Positions 1 to 10,069 of a DNA stretch of 64,000 nucleotides are shown here, piece after piece. The DNA is from an uncultured Candidatus Rokubacteria bacterium (lineage in GTDB: Bacteria; Methylomirabilota; Methylomirabilia; Rokubacteriales; DASRDR01), in assembly GCA_963805625.1 (NCBI GenBank), contig CAWDVE010000010.1, positions 1,792,001 through 1,856,000 on the forward strand. The letters run 5' to 3'. The notes below the pieces were generated by a model. That model saw nothing but the letters and a program-made list of their open reading frames with translations, made no database searches and was not told where the DNA came from. Each line of letters opens with the position of its first letter. Position 1 is the first letter of the stretch. Made by a program: the position numbers and the translations under genes.

Positions 1-87
1 TTCCTGGAGTCGGCCGACTCCCGAGAGATCACCCACCGGTTGCGGTCTGGCGTATTCGTGACGACGTTTGACGTCGTCGATGGGTAG
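1..87 (+). CDS. hicB: HicB-family antitoxin, C-terminal part (truncated by window edge)
   Basis: Frame 1 reads FLESADSREITHRLRSGVFVTTFDVVDG*, resembling the end of short HicB proteins; stop overlaps the start of a HicA-like sequence. Confidence 0.6.
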   Translation, partial: FLESADSREITHRLRSGVFVTTFDVVDG

Positions 88-326
88 ACTGCGGGTCCTC
101 TCGGTAGACTGCGGGTCCTCTCCGGCCGCGAAGCCTGCCGCATCCGGAGCAACACGGATTCACCGAGGTTCGGTGCCGAGGAAGCCACATTGTCATGCAG
201 CGCCGAACCTCCGAGGGCACGACTACGGTTCCGGTCCCGAACCACGCCGAACTCGCCATCGGAACTCTGGCGTCAATCATCCGCCAGAGCGGCGCGCCTC
301 GCGCGGCGTTCGAGTCGCCGGAGTAG
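80..326 (+). pseudogene. hicA: HicA-family mRNA interferase toxin, frameshifted
   Basis: Reconstruction: MGRLRVLSGREACRI-EQHGFTEVRCRGSHIVMQRRTSEGTTTVPVPNHAELAIGTLASIIRQSGAPRAAFESPE*, with the HicA GSH and GTLxSI motifs; broken by a 20-bp duplication (83-122) and an apparent 1-bp deletion near 145. Confidence 0.8.
83..122. repeat. Perfect 20-bp tandem duplication GGTAGACTGCGGGTCCTCTC x2
   Basis: Read directly: 83-102 = 103-122. Confidence 0.95.
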
Positions 327-490
327 CTCTCAGCTGTCACGCCTCCCTTCCTGGGGTAGCGACGGAGGATCCGGTGTCCTCACGAGATGCCTCCAAAGCC
401 GAGGGCACCCGATGTGACCCCCGAGGCCACCGGCCCCGCAGGCGAGACGTACGAGTCGCGGGCCTTGGGGCCGCACTCCATTTCCGTCGT

Positions 491-518
491 TGACGTCCAG
501 CCTCGAGGCTGGACGTCA
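491..518. repeat. Perfect 28-bp palindrome TGACGTCCAGCCTCGAGGCTGGACGTCA
   Basis: Read directly; the arms share GACGTCCAGC...GCTGG with the anticodon arm of the neighbouring tRNA. Confidence 0.9.
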
Positions 519-661
519 CCAGGTCAAGGAAACTGCCCAACGAGTTCCGTCTGCACTGGATCCCTTGGGAGGCATGGACGAAACTCGGTGTGAACGCGCC
601 CACAAGGGCAGCATCGACGCGAACGCGGGGCTGCAGGAGCCCTGCAACCCCGCGTCGTCGT

Positions 662-736
662 TGGAGCGGGCGACCGGAATCGAACCGGCGACGTCCAGCT
701 TGGGAAGCTGGCATTCTGCCGCTGAATTACGCCCGC
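662..736 (-). tRNA. tRNA-Gly (anticodon CCC), CCA encoded
   Basis: Reverse complement GCGGGCGTAATTCAGCGGCAGAATGCCAGCTTCCCAAGCTGGACGTCGCCGGTTCGATTCCGGTCGCCCGCTCCA folds as a cloverleaf with a TTCGATT T-loop. Confidence 0.97.
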
Positions 737-746
737 ATCTGACTGG

Positions 747-776
747 AGTCTAGTCAGCGGCCCCACGCTCTGTCAA
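747..776 (-). promoter_or_regulatory. Putative sigma70 promoter of tRNA-Gly
   Basis: TTGACA-18 nt-TAGACT on the minus strand, 10 nt upstream of the tRNA. Confidence 0.6.
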
Positions 777-880
777 TGGCTCGGGACCCTCAATAGCATG
801 CGCTCCCCCGCCGGCCCGCCTGAGTTCGGCGGTGGCGCTCGCAAGTGAGAACGCGGTCCGACAGGCGCTCGATCCGGAGG

Positions 881-2332
881 TCAGCCGTATTCCTCGGGAG
901 ATGATGCCCGCGCGAGCCAGGCGAGGGCCTCGTCCCGCGTCCTTACCAGACCGAGCGCCTGGGCCTCGCGGACCTGGCGGAGCACCCGACCCACGGGCGG
1001 TCCCGGCGGAAGCCCCAGCGCAGCCATGACGTCGTCACCCCGGACCAGGGGCGGCTCGGCCGCCTCACGGGCCGCGGGCCCCTCACCCGCCAGGAGCGAC
1101 TCCAGCAGCGTCCGGGTCGCACCCCGGTAGACCAGACCTGGGGCGCGACCGTCCGTCCCCGCAGCGTCGGCGATGGTGAGGCAGACGAGCGCGGGCACCT
1201 CCTCGGCGACATCGCGGTGGAACCGGTAGCGCGCACGCCGGGTCACCTCATCCAGCATCCCGAGGTGCATCGGCCGAAGGTGGTGGCGGACGAGTCGCGC
1301 CAGCACCTCCGTCGCGCGACCCGGCCAGCGAAGCCGCGCCGCGATGGCAGAGACCCGCTCGGCGCCAAGCCGGTCGTGGCCGATGAACCGGGTGCGCCCG
1401 GCGGCGTCGACGCTCCGCGTCTCCGGCTTGGCCACGTCGTGGAGCAGCACGGCCAGCTTCCACACCTCACGGCGGGTGAGGCTGCTTCCCATCGGCTCCT
1501 CGAACGACGCGGCGGCGCGCGCGTCGTGGGGCGCCAGGAGGGTCAGATCGCCGAGTAGCGCGTCGGCGGCCTCGAGCGACCGGAGCGAGTGCTCCCACAC
1601 GGTGAAGCGGTGGGGAGCGGACTGGGTCGCCTCGCGCATCGCCTGGACCTCGGGAAGGATCACGCGGAGGACGGACCACGCATCGGCTTGGCGGATAGCG
1701 GGCGCGCTCCGGGGCACCCGGAGGATGCGGGTGAGCTCCTCGCGAACACGCTCGGGCGCGACCGAGGCGAGCGCCGGCACCGCCGCCCGTGCCAGTGCCT
1801 CCGTTTCCGGCTCGATGCCGAAGTCGAGCTGGTGGCCGAGCCGTAGGACCCGGAGGACGCGCACGGGGTCGTCGGCGAACGCCGTCGTCCGGCACGCACG
1901 GAGCCGCCGGAGGACGAGATCGCCAAGACCGCCGGTGGGGTCCTGGATCGCCGCGGGTCCGCGAAGCAGCGCGTGGAGGTCGACGGCGAGCGCATCGACG
2001 GTGACGTCGCGCCCGGCCAGGTCAGCCTCGAGACTCGGTCCCCGGAAGTCGGTCAGGTCGACCTGGACGGGCGGCGGCCCGGCCAGGACCGCGCGCGCCA
2101 TGCCGTGCGGCTCGCCGAGCGGAACGAACGCGCCTCCGAGCCGATCCGCGAGGCGGCGAGCCGCCGCACCGCTCCCGTCCGGGAGGGCGAGGTCGACGTC
2201 GTGAAGCGGCCGCGCGAGCACGAGGTCCCGGACGACGCCGCCGACCAGCCACACGGGTCCGCCGACCGTCTCGGCGACAGCCGCGAGCAACGGCCGCATC
2301 GGATCGAGAGGCCCGAGCGTCACGAACGTCAT
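881..2332 (-). CDS. CCA-adding enzyme / poly(A) polymerase family nucleotidyltransferase with HD domain
   Basis: LVGGVVRD, DVDLA, RDVTVDALA, DDPVRVLR and ERVREEL motifs; LLHDVAKP HD motif; start placed at the MTFVT ATG. Confidence 0.85.
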   Translation of the reverse strand: MTFVTLGPLDPMRPLLAAVAETVGGPVWLVGGVVRDLVLARPLHDVDLALPDGSGAAARRLADRLGGAFVPLGEPHGMARAVLAGPPPVQVDLTDFRGPSLEADLAGRDVTVDALAVDLHALLRGPAAIQDPTGGLGDLVLRRLRACRTTAFADDPVRVLRVLRLGHQLDFGIEPETEALARAAVPALASVAPERVREELTRILRVPRSAPAIRQADAWSVLRVILPEVQAMREATQSAPHRFTVWEHSLRSLEAADALLGDLTLLAPHDARAAASFEEPMGSSLTRREVWKLAVLLHDVAKPETRSVDAAGRTRFIGHDRLGAERVSAIAARLRWPGRATEVLARLVRHHLRPMHLGMLDEVTRRARYRFHRDVAEEVPALVCLTIADAAGTDGRAPGLVYRGATRTLLESLLAGEGPAAREAAEPPLVRGDDVMAALGLPPGPPVGRVLRQVREAQALGLVRTRDEALAWLARASSPEEYG

Positions 2333-2412
2333 CGATGCCAGCGATGCAGGTTTGGCCCGGCGTGGCATCGTGCGGGGCGGGGTCGCCGGGCGGCGGGGCG
2401 AGCCGCCGGCGG

Positions 2413-2778
2413 TTACCGCGCGACCTTGAACTCCTTCACGAGCGCGGCGTCGAACTCACTCGACGGCGTGTCGTCGAAGCTGAGCTTCCCGGCCAGGCGC
2501 TTGGGCTCGTCGGCGCCGGACTCGAGCGCGGCCGGCCGCTGCGCGCCGGAGTGCTGGATCTTCTGGCCGTTGATCGCCATCCAGTAGTTGAGGCGCGGGC
2601 CACCGTCGATGTCCACGACCAGGCCCTCGGTGACCTCACCGTCGGTACAGCTCATCGTCTGGCAGGCGCGCATCTTGGCCCCCAGGTCCGTCCCCGACAG
2701 GATGAGTCGCCGCACCATCTTCTTGGTGTCGACCGCATCCGGTCCGGTGACGAGGTAAGCATGCGTGAGTGTCACCAC
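2413..2778 (-). CDS. Hypothetical protein
   Basis: Protein-like composition (AYLVTGPDAVDTKKMVRRLILSG...); start uncertain. Confidence 0.55.
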   Translation of the reverse strand: MVTLTHAYLVTGPDAVDTKKMVRRLILSGTDLGAKMRACQTMSCTDGEVTEGLVVDIDGGPRLNYWMAINGQKIQHSGAQRPAALESGADEPKRLAGKLSFDDTPSSEFDAALVKEFKVAR

Positions 2779-3511
2779 CCTGCCCTTGTGGCTGAGCGTT
2801 CCCTTCGCCTCGCCGGGAGCCCCTGGCTTCCGGAGGGGAGCGCGACCGACAGGGTCACGATCAGGCCCATCACCGCGAGACCGGAGCACCCAGGGATGCG
2901 ACTCATGCACCATCCTTCATCGGAGCGATCAATGGTACGGACGAACCAAAGGCGTGGGCTCATGGTACCAACCCGCCCTCTGCCGGTAAAGGATCCGGCA
3001 TGGAGCCGCAGGTCAATCGGTAGCGCGCCGACCCGGGGCGCCGAGTCGCGTCCCTGCCCAGGATGGAACCGCTACCGTCCGCGCCGAAAATGCAGGGGCC
3101 CCCCACGTATCCCAAGCGGCTCAGTCGGGCAAGTACGGCCAGCGTGGAGGCCGTGAGCAACAGACGACGCTCGATGACGATCACGCAGTCGGGACGGATC
3201 CACCCGCGTCCCGGCGAGTACGGCTGAAGTCCAGCGTGCGTTCAGCCGCTGGTTGAGCGGTCCAGGGCGGCGGCATCGCGTCAGCCTCAACTTCGTGCGG
3301 TACCACCTGGCCCGGATCCGCCGGTCCGCGTCCGGCGCTCGGATCGGCGTGGAGCTGGATGACCGACGGGCAGGTGCGGGTCTTCCAGAGGGTCTGCGAG
3401 GAGCCGGCCATGCTGAGCCATTGGACCGTCCTCACCCCACGCTGCGGTCCCGCGCTGCGGCGCTGGGCGAGAGACGAGCCCCTGTAGGGGGGGGTCCGCC
3501 GGCTCCGTCGC

Positions 3512-5542
3512 TCAGGCCGAGGGCGCGACGATGCCACCGCCGCGGCCCGGCCGCTCGAGGTCGAGGAGCTGCGCCTCGACGAGCGTTCGGTAGGGCGCGC
3601 TCCGTCCGAGCAGCTCGGCGTGGCGGCCCTGGTCGACGACGCGGCCGCGCTCCAGCAGCACGATGAGGTCCGCGTGCGCCACGGTGCTGAGGCGATGGGC
3701 GATGACGAACACGGTACGCCCCCGCATGAGTGACGCGAGACTCCGGTGGACCAGGCGCTCGCTCGCCGCGTCGAGCTCGCTCGTGGCCTCGTCGAGGATG
3801 AGTATTCGGGGATCGGTGAGGAGCGCCCGCGCGATGGCGAGCCGCTTTCGCTGTCCGCCGCTCAGGCGCACTCCGCGCTCGCCGACGAGCGTCTCGTAGC
3901 CGTCGTCCATCTCCTCGATGAACCTCGCGGCCAGCGCCGCCTCCGCCGCCCGGGCGATCGCCTCCGGAGAGGCGTCGCGAACGCCGTAAGCGATGTTCTC
4001 GGCGATCGTCCCCTCGAACAGGAAGACGTCCTGCTCGACCACCCCGACGAGCCGCCGGTAGCACTGCAGGTCGAACTTCCTGATGTCGACCCCGTCGAGC
4101 TCGACCAGGCCCTCGCTGGGGTCCTGGAAGCGTGCGATCACGTCGCAGAGAGTCGATTTGCCCGCTCCGCTCGGGCCAACCAACGCGACGACGTGGCCGG
4201 CCGGGATCTCCAGGGTGACGCCCTGGATGGCCGGGAGTCGCCGGCCAGGATACTGGAAGCTCACCCGCCGCAGCGTGAATCGGCCGGCAACCTCCTCCGG
4301 GCGGGACGCCAGCGTGCCGGTGGCGCCCGGGAACTCCGGCTCCTCCTCCAGGACGTCGAGGACGCGGTCGAGCGCGGCGAGGCCATTCTGGGCCCCGCTC
4401 GCCGCGCTCGCGAGCACGCCGAGCGGCTCGAGCAGCATGGCGAGGTAGAAGAGGAAGGTCACCAGATTGCCGGTCGTGAAGGCCTCGGCCGGGTCCAGGA
4501 CCCCCGCGGCAACTCCCGCGGCGTCGCTGAGGATACGGCTGGCGCCGTACCAGACCAGGATCGCGACTACCAGAGGGCTCAACAGCGACCAGGCGACGTC
4601 CACCGCGGTGCTCATCCACCATACGAGCATCTCCTGCCTGAGGTTCACGTGCTGGTCGCGCGCGTCCCGGGCCGCTTCCGTGCGCTGACGGCCGAAGCCC
4701 CGGATCACCCGGATCCCGGCAAACACCTCGGTGACATGCGCGTCGATGCGGCGGCGAAGCAGCCGGGCGTCCCGCCACACAGGGCGCATCTGCCGGATCC
4801 ACCGGCGGTGGGCAACGTACACGAGAGGAAGCAAGGGGCCGGTGAAGGCAAGGACCCGCCACTCGATGAAACCGAGGGCCACCACCGTTCCGAGGAGCTG
4901 GATCAGCGCCCGCCAGGGCTGATAGAGCATGACGGCGAGCAGGCCGGCGGAGGCGCCCACATCCTCTCGCAGGAGGCTCGCCAGCCCGCCAGACTGGTAC
5001 GCGCGCAGTCGGGGCAGCGGCAGCCGGATCGCGTGTGCGAAGACCCGGCGGCGAAGCCTGGACTGAAGCCGGCGGTTCGCAAGGGCGGTGAGGTAGCGAC
5101 CCCACGTGCCGATGGCCGCCGACGCCACGGCCACGGCGACGAGGACGACGGCGATCGTCGCCAGCAGCTTGCCGGAGGTCGCCGGCAGGCCGATCCTCCT
5201 GAGGACGTCGGGCATCGGACGATGACCGAGCACGTGGTCCAGGACGAAGCCCGTCACCGCCGGAGGGATCAGCCGGAGCGCGGCGGCGATCGTGACGGCC
5301 GCGAGTGACACGGCAATCCTCGAGCGAACGCCGCCGAGGAGCGTCCAGAACACACGGATCAGCTCGCCCACCGAGCGATGCCGGGGCTGACCGCGACGCG
5401 AGCCGGTGCCCCGCCCGCCCTCGGTCGCATGGGCCGCGAGGGCTCGGCGGTAGTCGCGATAGCGGAGCCCACTCCCCCGACGTGCGCTGCTCACGAGAGG
5501 CGGAGTCCGTTCACGCGAGGTCAGTGACGGGAACGCGGCCAT
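3512..5542 (-). CDS. ABC exporter, fused permease/ATPase (MsbA/MdlB-like)
   Basis: N-terminal TM helices; Walker A GPSGAGKS, signature LSGGQ, Walker B ILILDEAT, IAHRLST; start uncertain. Confidence 0.9.
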   Translation of the reverse strand: MAAFPSLTSRERTPPLVSSARRGSGLRYRDYRRALAAHATEGGRGTGSRRGQPRHRSVGELIRVFWTLLGGVRSRIAVSLAAVTIAAALRLIPPAVTGFVLDHVLGHRPMPDVLRRIGLPATSGKLLATIAVVLVAVAVASAAIGTWGRYLTALANRRLQSRLRRRVFAHAIRLPLPRLRAYQSGGLASLLREDVGASAGLLAVMLYQPWRALIQLLGTVVALGFIEWRVLAFTGPLLPLVYVAHRRWIRQMRPVWRDARLLRRRIDAHVTEVFAGIRVIRGFGRQRTEAARDARDQHVNLRQEMLVWWMSTAVDVAWSLLSPLVVAILVWYGASRILSDAAGVAAGVLDPAEAFTTGNLVTFLFYLAMLLEPLGVLASAASGAQNGLAALDRVLDVLEEEPEFPGATGTLASRPEEVAGRFTLRRVSFQYPGRRLPAIQGVTLEIPAGHVVALVGPSGAGKSTLCDVIARFQDPSEGLVELDGVDIRKFDLQCYRRLVGVVEQDVFLFEGTIAENIAYGVRDASPEAIARAAEAALAARFIEEMDDGYETLVGERGVRLSGGQRKRLAIARALLTDPRILILDEATSELDAASERLVHRSLASLMRGRTVFVIAHRLSTVAHADLIVLLERGRVVDQGRHAELLGRSAPYRTLVEAQLLDLERPGRGGGIVAPSA

Positions 5543-5840
5543 CACCGGCCGGCAAGCGTGAGGAGGGGCAGAGGGGTCTGTTTCTCGACCGCATGCGGCG
5601 TCGTCATGATTGTACGACACCGTGAGGATCGCTTGCGGGGACTCGGTAAGCGGAGAGGTGGCAGAGCGACATGCCGCCAAGGGATCTGGCTCGAGGCGGT
5701 GAGTGTGTCCCGTCTCTGCCCCGCACCGGAGGGGTGAACACTCGGGCGGCAGAGGCGCGGTCCGGCAGCTTGCCGCGCGCCGTCGGACACTCGATAATCG
5801 CAGGCGTGGGCAGCGAGCAGTCGTGCTCGGAGGGCATCTG

Positions 5841-6617
5841 ATGGGGCGGGGGTTCGCTCTGCACGCCGGGGTGGCGCCCGAGGTGATCCGCGTGGCCGCC
5901 CGCGAGGCCGAGGCGGCGGGATACGACTCCTTCTGGGTGAACTACCCCGGGCCGGTCGACGGGCTGGCTTCGCTCGCCCTGGCTGCCGCCGAGACCACGC
6001 GCATCATGCTCGGCGTGGGCGTCGTGCCCTTGCACACGCACGGCCCGGACCGCATTCTCGCGGATCTCCGGGCGCATGCGCTTCCCGTCGATCGCCTCCT
6101 GCTCGGGGTCGGAAGCCCGAATCCGGGATCGCTGGCGCGCGTCCGGACGGGGATCGCGGCACTCCGAGCTCAGCTCCCGGCGCGGCTCGTCGTCGCCGCC
6201 CTGGGCCCGCGTATGTGCCGCCTCGCCGGAGAGGTGGCGGACGGTGTGCTTTTCAACTGGCTGACGCCGGCCCACGCGCTCACGTCGGCCGAATGGGTCC
6301 GGGCCGGCGCAGCGGCAACGGGACGGGCCACCCCGCGGCTCTACGCATACGTGCGAGTCGCCGTCGGAACGACGGGCGCCGCGCGCCTCGAGGAGGAGGG
6401 ACAGCGCTACCTGGCCATCCCCGCCTACGCGGCCCACTTTGCGCGAATGGGCGTGCCGCCGGTCGCCACCGCGGTCGCCGCCGCGACCGGCGCCGCCGTG
6501 CCCGCCGCGCTCGCCCGCTGGGAGCAGGCGGTCGACGGCGTCGTGGTGCGGGCCATCACGGCGCGGGACACCATCGACGAGACGCTGGCGCTGGTTCAGG
6601 CCGCGCGGCCCCGCTAG
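5841..6617 (+). CDS. LLM-class (luciferase-like) flavin/F420-dependent oxidoreductase
   Basis: AEAAGYDSFWV, TTRIMLGVGV and AALGPRMCRLAGEVADGVL motifs; GGAGGG RBS. Confidence 0.85.
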   Translation: MGRGFALHAGVAPEVIRVAAREAEAAGYDSFWVNYPGPVDGLASLALAAAETTRIMLGVGVVPLHTHGPDRILADLRAHALPVDRLLLGVGSPNPGSLARVRTGIAALRAQLPARLVVAALGPRMCRLAGEVADGVLFNWLTPAHALTSAEWVRAGAAATGRATPRLYAYVRVAVGTTGAARLEEEGQRYLAIPAYAAHFARMGVPPVATAVAAATGAAVPAALARWEQAVDGVVVRAITARDTIDETLALVQAARPR

Positions 6618-6750
6618 CGCGCCCGGGCTGGCTCCGTCACGGCGCGACCCCGTGATCGCGCCCCGCAGCGTCATGCATCGTCTCGCGGCGCCCGGACCCC
6701 TTTCCACTTCGCCCCGTCTGGGCGAAGATGCCTCCTCGAGGGGAGCACCC

Positions 6751-7461
6751 ATGTCGGATCCCGGTGACCAGCGCCTCCCGTTCGGCTCGGACGACCTGCG
6801 CTTGCCCGACGCGCTCCGCGGCCCGCTGCGGGCGCACCTCGCCGCCCTGCGCGAGCGCTACCGGCGACGCGGCTGGGGCGGTCCCGTCGGGGTCGGACGG
6901 CGCCCCGCCCTGGTCGTCATCGACCTCGCGCTGGCCTGGACGGACCAGCGGCGCCCGGAGGTCGGGAGCGCCGTCGATTCCGTCGTGGAGGCCACCACGC
7001 GCGTCCTGGCCGCGGCCCGGGCTGCCGGAGTCTTCACGGTCTTCACTACGTGGGCGTACGACCCGGCCGCCCCGCCATCGCCGCACGACGCCAAGAATGC
7101 GCTCCACGTCGGCCCCGGCGACGAGAAGCTCCTGGAGCTCGACCCACGGATCGAGCGACGCCCGACCGAGCTGCTCCTCCGGAAGCGTTACGCGTCCGCC
7201 TTCAAGGGTACGAACCTCCACGAGATGCTCGCCGGGCAGGGGATCGACACGCTGGTCGTCACCGGGCTCAGCACGAGCCACTGCGTCTACGCCACGTGCC
7301 GGGACGCCACCGACAGCTTCCGGGTCATCGTGCCGCGCGAGGCGGTGGGGGAGCGTTGCGAGCTCTTCCACGAGGTCAACTTGCTCGACATCGAGCTGGA
7401 TCTCGGCGACGTCGTGCCAGTCGATGAGGTGATCCGCTATCTGGCTGGGGTCAGGCCTTGA
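6751..7461 (+). CDS. Isochorismatase-family cysteine hydrolase (maleamate amidohydrolase / N-carbamoylsarcosine amidase-like)
   Basis: PALVVIDL, KRYASAF and TGLSTSHCVYAT give the Asp-Lys-Cys triad. Confidence 0.85.
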   Translation: MSDPGDQRLPFGSDDLRLPDALRGPLRAHLAALRERYRRRGWGGPVGVGRRPALVVIDLALAWTDQRRPEVGSAVDSVVEATTRVLAAARAAGVFTVFTTWAYDPAAPPSPHDAKNALHVGPGDEKLLELDPRIERRPTELLLRKRYASAFKGTNLHEMLAGQGIDTLVVTGLSTSHCVYATCRDATDSFRVIVPREAVGERCELFHEVNLLDIELDLGDVVPVDEVIRYLAGVRP

Positions 7462-7524
7462 CGTCCCTGGCCTCCAGCGCGGGCTCCTCGGAGGCCGGTT
7501 GTTTGGAAGTCAAGGCCTGACCCC
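7447..7524. repeat. Inverted-repeat (REP/MITE-like) element, copy 1
   Basis: GGGGTCAGGCCTTGACGTCC (7447-7466) ... GGAAGTCAAGGCCTGACCCC (7505-7524), 19/20 complementary. Confidence 0.85.
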
Positions 7525-7541
7525 CTCAAGGAGGAAGTCAC

Positions 7542-9095
7542 ATGCCGCGCCGCATCCTCACCGCCGTCCTTCTCGCCCTCGGGTGGCTCGTCGCGTTCGA
7601 CGCCACGCCGGGCGACGCCCAGGGCCCGAAGGTTCTCCGCGTCGCCACCGACACGAACCTGCCGTGGCTCGATCCCCACATGGGGACAGCCTTCACCCTC
7701 CGCGAGCTCTCTTCGCACGTCTTCGAGGGCCTGGTCACGATCGGCGAGGACTTCGGGGTCATCCCGCAACTCGCCGAGAGTTGGAGCGTCAGCGCCGACG
7801 GGACCGAGTACACCTTCAAGCTCCGTCCGGGCGTCAAGTTCCACAACGGCCGAACCGTCACGGCCGAGGACGTGAAGGCGTCCATCGACCGCTTCGTGCA
7901 GGTCGGGGCCCGGCGCGGTGACCTCGGAGCCGTCCAGACCGTCACGGCCGTCGATCCCCTCACCGTGCGGATCTCGCTGAAGCAGGCTCAGGGCTCGTTC
8001 CTCGGCGCTCTCGCCAACCCGGTCGCTCTTCTCGGGATCATGCCCAAGGAGCTCGTGCAGGGCGCCAAGGATCCCCTTCAGCCGCCCCAGCTCGTCGGAA
8101 CCGGGCCCTTCCGCCTCGCGGAGTGGGTCCGCGACCAGCAGATCACGCTCAAGCGCTTCGACGATTACACGCGGGACCGCCGGATGCCGGCGTCCGGGCT
8201 CGGCGGGGATCGGTCGGCGCTCGTGGACGAGGTGCACATCATATCCACCGGCGAGAGCGCAACTCGGTTCGCCGGGCTCGAGCGCGGCGACTTTGACTAC
8301 GCCATGGCGCTTGCACCCACGGCCTACGAACGGCTCCGGGCCTCGACGGCCCTCGACCCGATCGTGCTGAAACCCTTCACGCAGGTGATCCTACAGCTCA
8401 ACGCAGGCCGTGCGCCGTTCAACCAGGTCAAGGCCCGCCAGGCGGTCTCCCGCGGTCTCGACATGGAAACGATCATGCGGGGGGTGACGGGGAACCAGGC
8501 GGCGTTCTATCGCCTCCAGCCGAGCCTATTCTTCCCCGAGCAACGCGTGTGGCACAGCACCATAGGTCAGGACGTCTACAATCAGAAGAACCTGGATCTC
8601 GCGCGCCGGCTCCTGAAGGAGTCGGGGTACGATGGCCGACCGATCGCGTTGGTCACCAACCGCGACATCGAGTGGCTGTACCGCGCCGCGGTGCCGGTCC
8701 AGCCCCAGCTCGAGGCGATCGGGTTCAAGGTCGAGCTGGTGGTGCGGGACTGGCCCGGCCAGATTGCCCAGCAGAAGGAAGGGAACTTCGACATGGCCAC
8801 GAACGGGATCTCGACCCGGCCCGAGCCGACAGGGTTCGACTACCTCTTCCGCTGCGGGGCGTCCTACGAGACCTACGGCTACTGCGATCCGGAGATGGAC
8901 AGGGTGCTCGCGACCGGCGTGCGCGAGCGCGAGCCGGAGCGCCGCGCCCAGGCCTACACCCAGGCACAGAAGCAGTTCTACGAGAGCGTGCCGCTCGTCA
9001 AGATCGGCGATATGTTCCAGCTCGACGGCGCCACCAAGACGCTCAAGGGGTACAAGGTCTTCTTCCTGCGCCGCTTCTGGAACGTCAGCAAGTGA
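7542..9095 (+). CDS. ABC transporter substrate-binding protein, family 5 (peptide/nickel)
   Basis: Signal peptide; LAESWSVSADGTEYTFKLRPGVKFHNG and GTGPF motifs; AAGGAGG RBS. Confidence 0.92.
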   Translation: MPRRILTAVLLALGWLVAFDATPGDAQGPKVLRVATDTNLPWLDPHMGTAFTLRELSSHVFEGLVTIGEDFGVIPQLAESWSVSADGTEYTFKLRPGVKFHNGRTVTAEDVKASIDRFVQVGARRGDLGAVQTVTAVDPLTVRISLKQAQGSFLGALANPVALLGIMPKELVQGAKDPLQPPQLVGTGPFRLAEWVRDQQITLKRFDDYTRDRRMPASGLGGDRSALVDEVHIISTGESATRFAGLERGDFDYAMALAPTAYERLRASTALDPIVLKPFTQVILQLNAGRAPFNQVKARQAVSRGLDMETIMRGVTGNQAAFYRLQPSLFFPEQRVWHSTIGQDVYNQKNLDLARRLLKESGYDGRPIALVTNRDIEWLYRAAVPVQPQLEAIGFKVELVVRDWPGQIAQQKEGNFDMATNGISTRPEPTGFDYLFRCGASYETYGYCDPEMDRVLATGVREREPERRAQAYTQAQKQFYESVPLVKIGDMFQLDGATKTLKGYKVFFLRRFWNVSK

Positions 9096-9124
9096 CCGTC
9101 TGAGCGAGCCCGGGGCCCTCCGCG

Positions 9125-10069
9125 GTGGCGCGCTACGTCGCGCGGCGGATCATGCTGCTGGTCCCCGCCTGGCTGATCATGGGCGCCGCGGCGTTCGCCC
9201 TCATCCGCCTCATCCCCGGAGACCCGGCGGCGGTGCTGCTCGGGATGGAGGCGACCCCGCAAGCCGTGGCGGAGCTGCGCATCCGGCTGGGGCTGGACCA
9301 GCCGCTCCCCGTGCAGTTCGTCCTGTGGCTCTCGCGCGTCCTCCAGGGAGAGCTGGGTCGATCGTTCTTCCTGGGGCAGCCGGTTCTAGACGCGATCCTG
9401 GGCCGGCTGCCCGTGACCCTGAGCCTGACCGCCGCCGCCCTGACCTGCGCCGTCCTCATCGGGGTGCCGATCGGAGTCCGGGCCGCCACGCGCCCCAACT
9501 CTCCTACGGACCTCGGGGCGATGGCCGCCGCCGTGGTCGGCCTCTCGGTTCCCGACTTCGCGCTCGGCCTCGGGCTTGTCGTGCTGTTCGGCGTGGCCCT
9601 CCAGTGGCTGCCGGTCAGCGGGTACGTGCCGCTCTCGCGAAGCCCGGCGGGTTTCGTGCAGCACCTGATCCTCCCCGCGGTCGCCCTCGGCATGCCCCAG
9701 GGAGCGCTCATCGCCCGCATCACGCGGAGCAGCATGCTCGAGGCGCTCGGCGCGGACTACGTGCGTACCGCCCGGGCAAAGGGCCTCGCCGAGCCCGCGG
9801 TGGTCGGATGGCACGCCTTCCGGAACACGCTGATCCACGTGCTGACTGTCGTGGGAAGCGTGGCCGTCGTGCTCCTCGGGGGGGCGTTTGTGGTCGAGAC
9901 CGTGTTCAACCTGCCGGGGCTGGGCAACCTGGTGGTCATGGCGGTGAAGCGGCGCGACTATCCCCTGGTCCAGGGCTGCCTGCTGCTGATCTCCACGGTG
10001 GTCATCCTGGTCAATCTCGTCGTGGACGTGCTCTACGCCTATCTCGATCCCCAGGTCCGGTATGGCTGA
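9125..10069 (+). CDS. ABC transporter permease, DppB/OppB-like
   Basis: IPGDPA, LGLDQPL, DYVRTARAKGL and RDYPLVQG motifs. Confidence 0.92.
   Translation: MARYVARRIMLLVPAWLIMGAAAFALIRLIPGDPAAVLLGMEATPQAVAELRIRLGLDQPLPVQFVLWLSRVLQGELGRSFFLGQPVLDAILGRLPVTLSLTAAALTCAVLIGVPIGVRAATRPNSPTDLGAMAAAVVGLSVPDFALGLGLVVLFGVALQWLPVSGYVPLSRSPAGFVQHLILPAVALGMPQGALIARITRSSMLEALGADYVRTARAKGLAEPAVVGWHAFRNTLIHVLTVVGSVAVVLLGGAFVVETVFNLPGLGNLVVMAVKRRDYPLVQGCLLLISTVVILVNLVVDVLYAYLDPQVRYG

Noticed and set aside
1-880. Intact integrative element at tRNA-Gly
   Set aside because: No integrase or duplicated tRNA 3' end visible within this window
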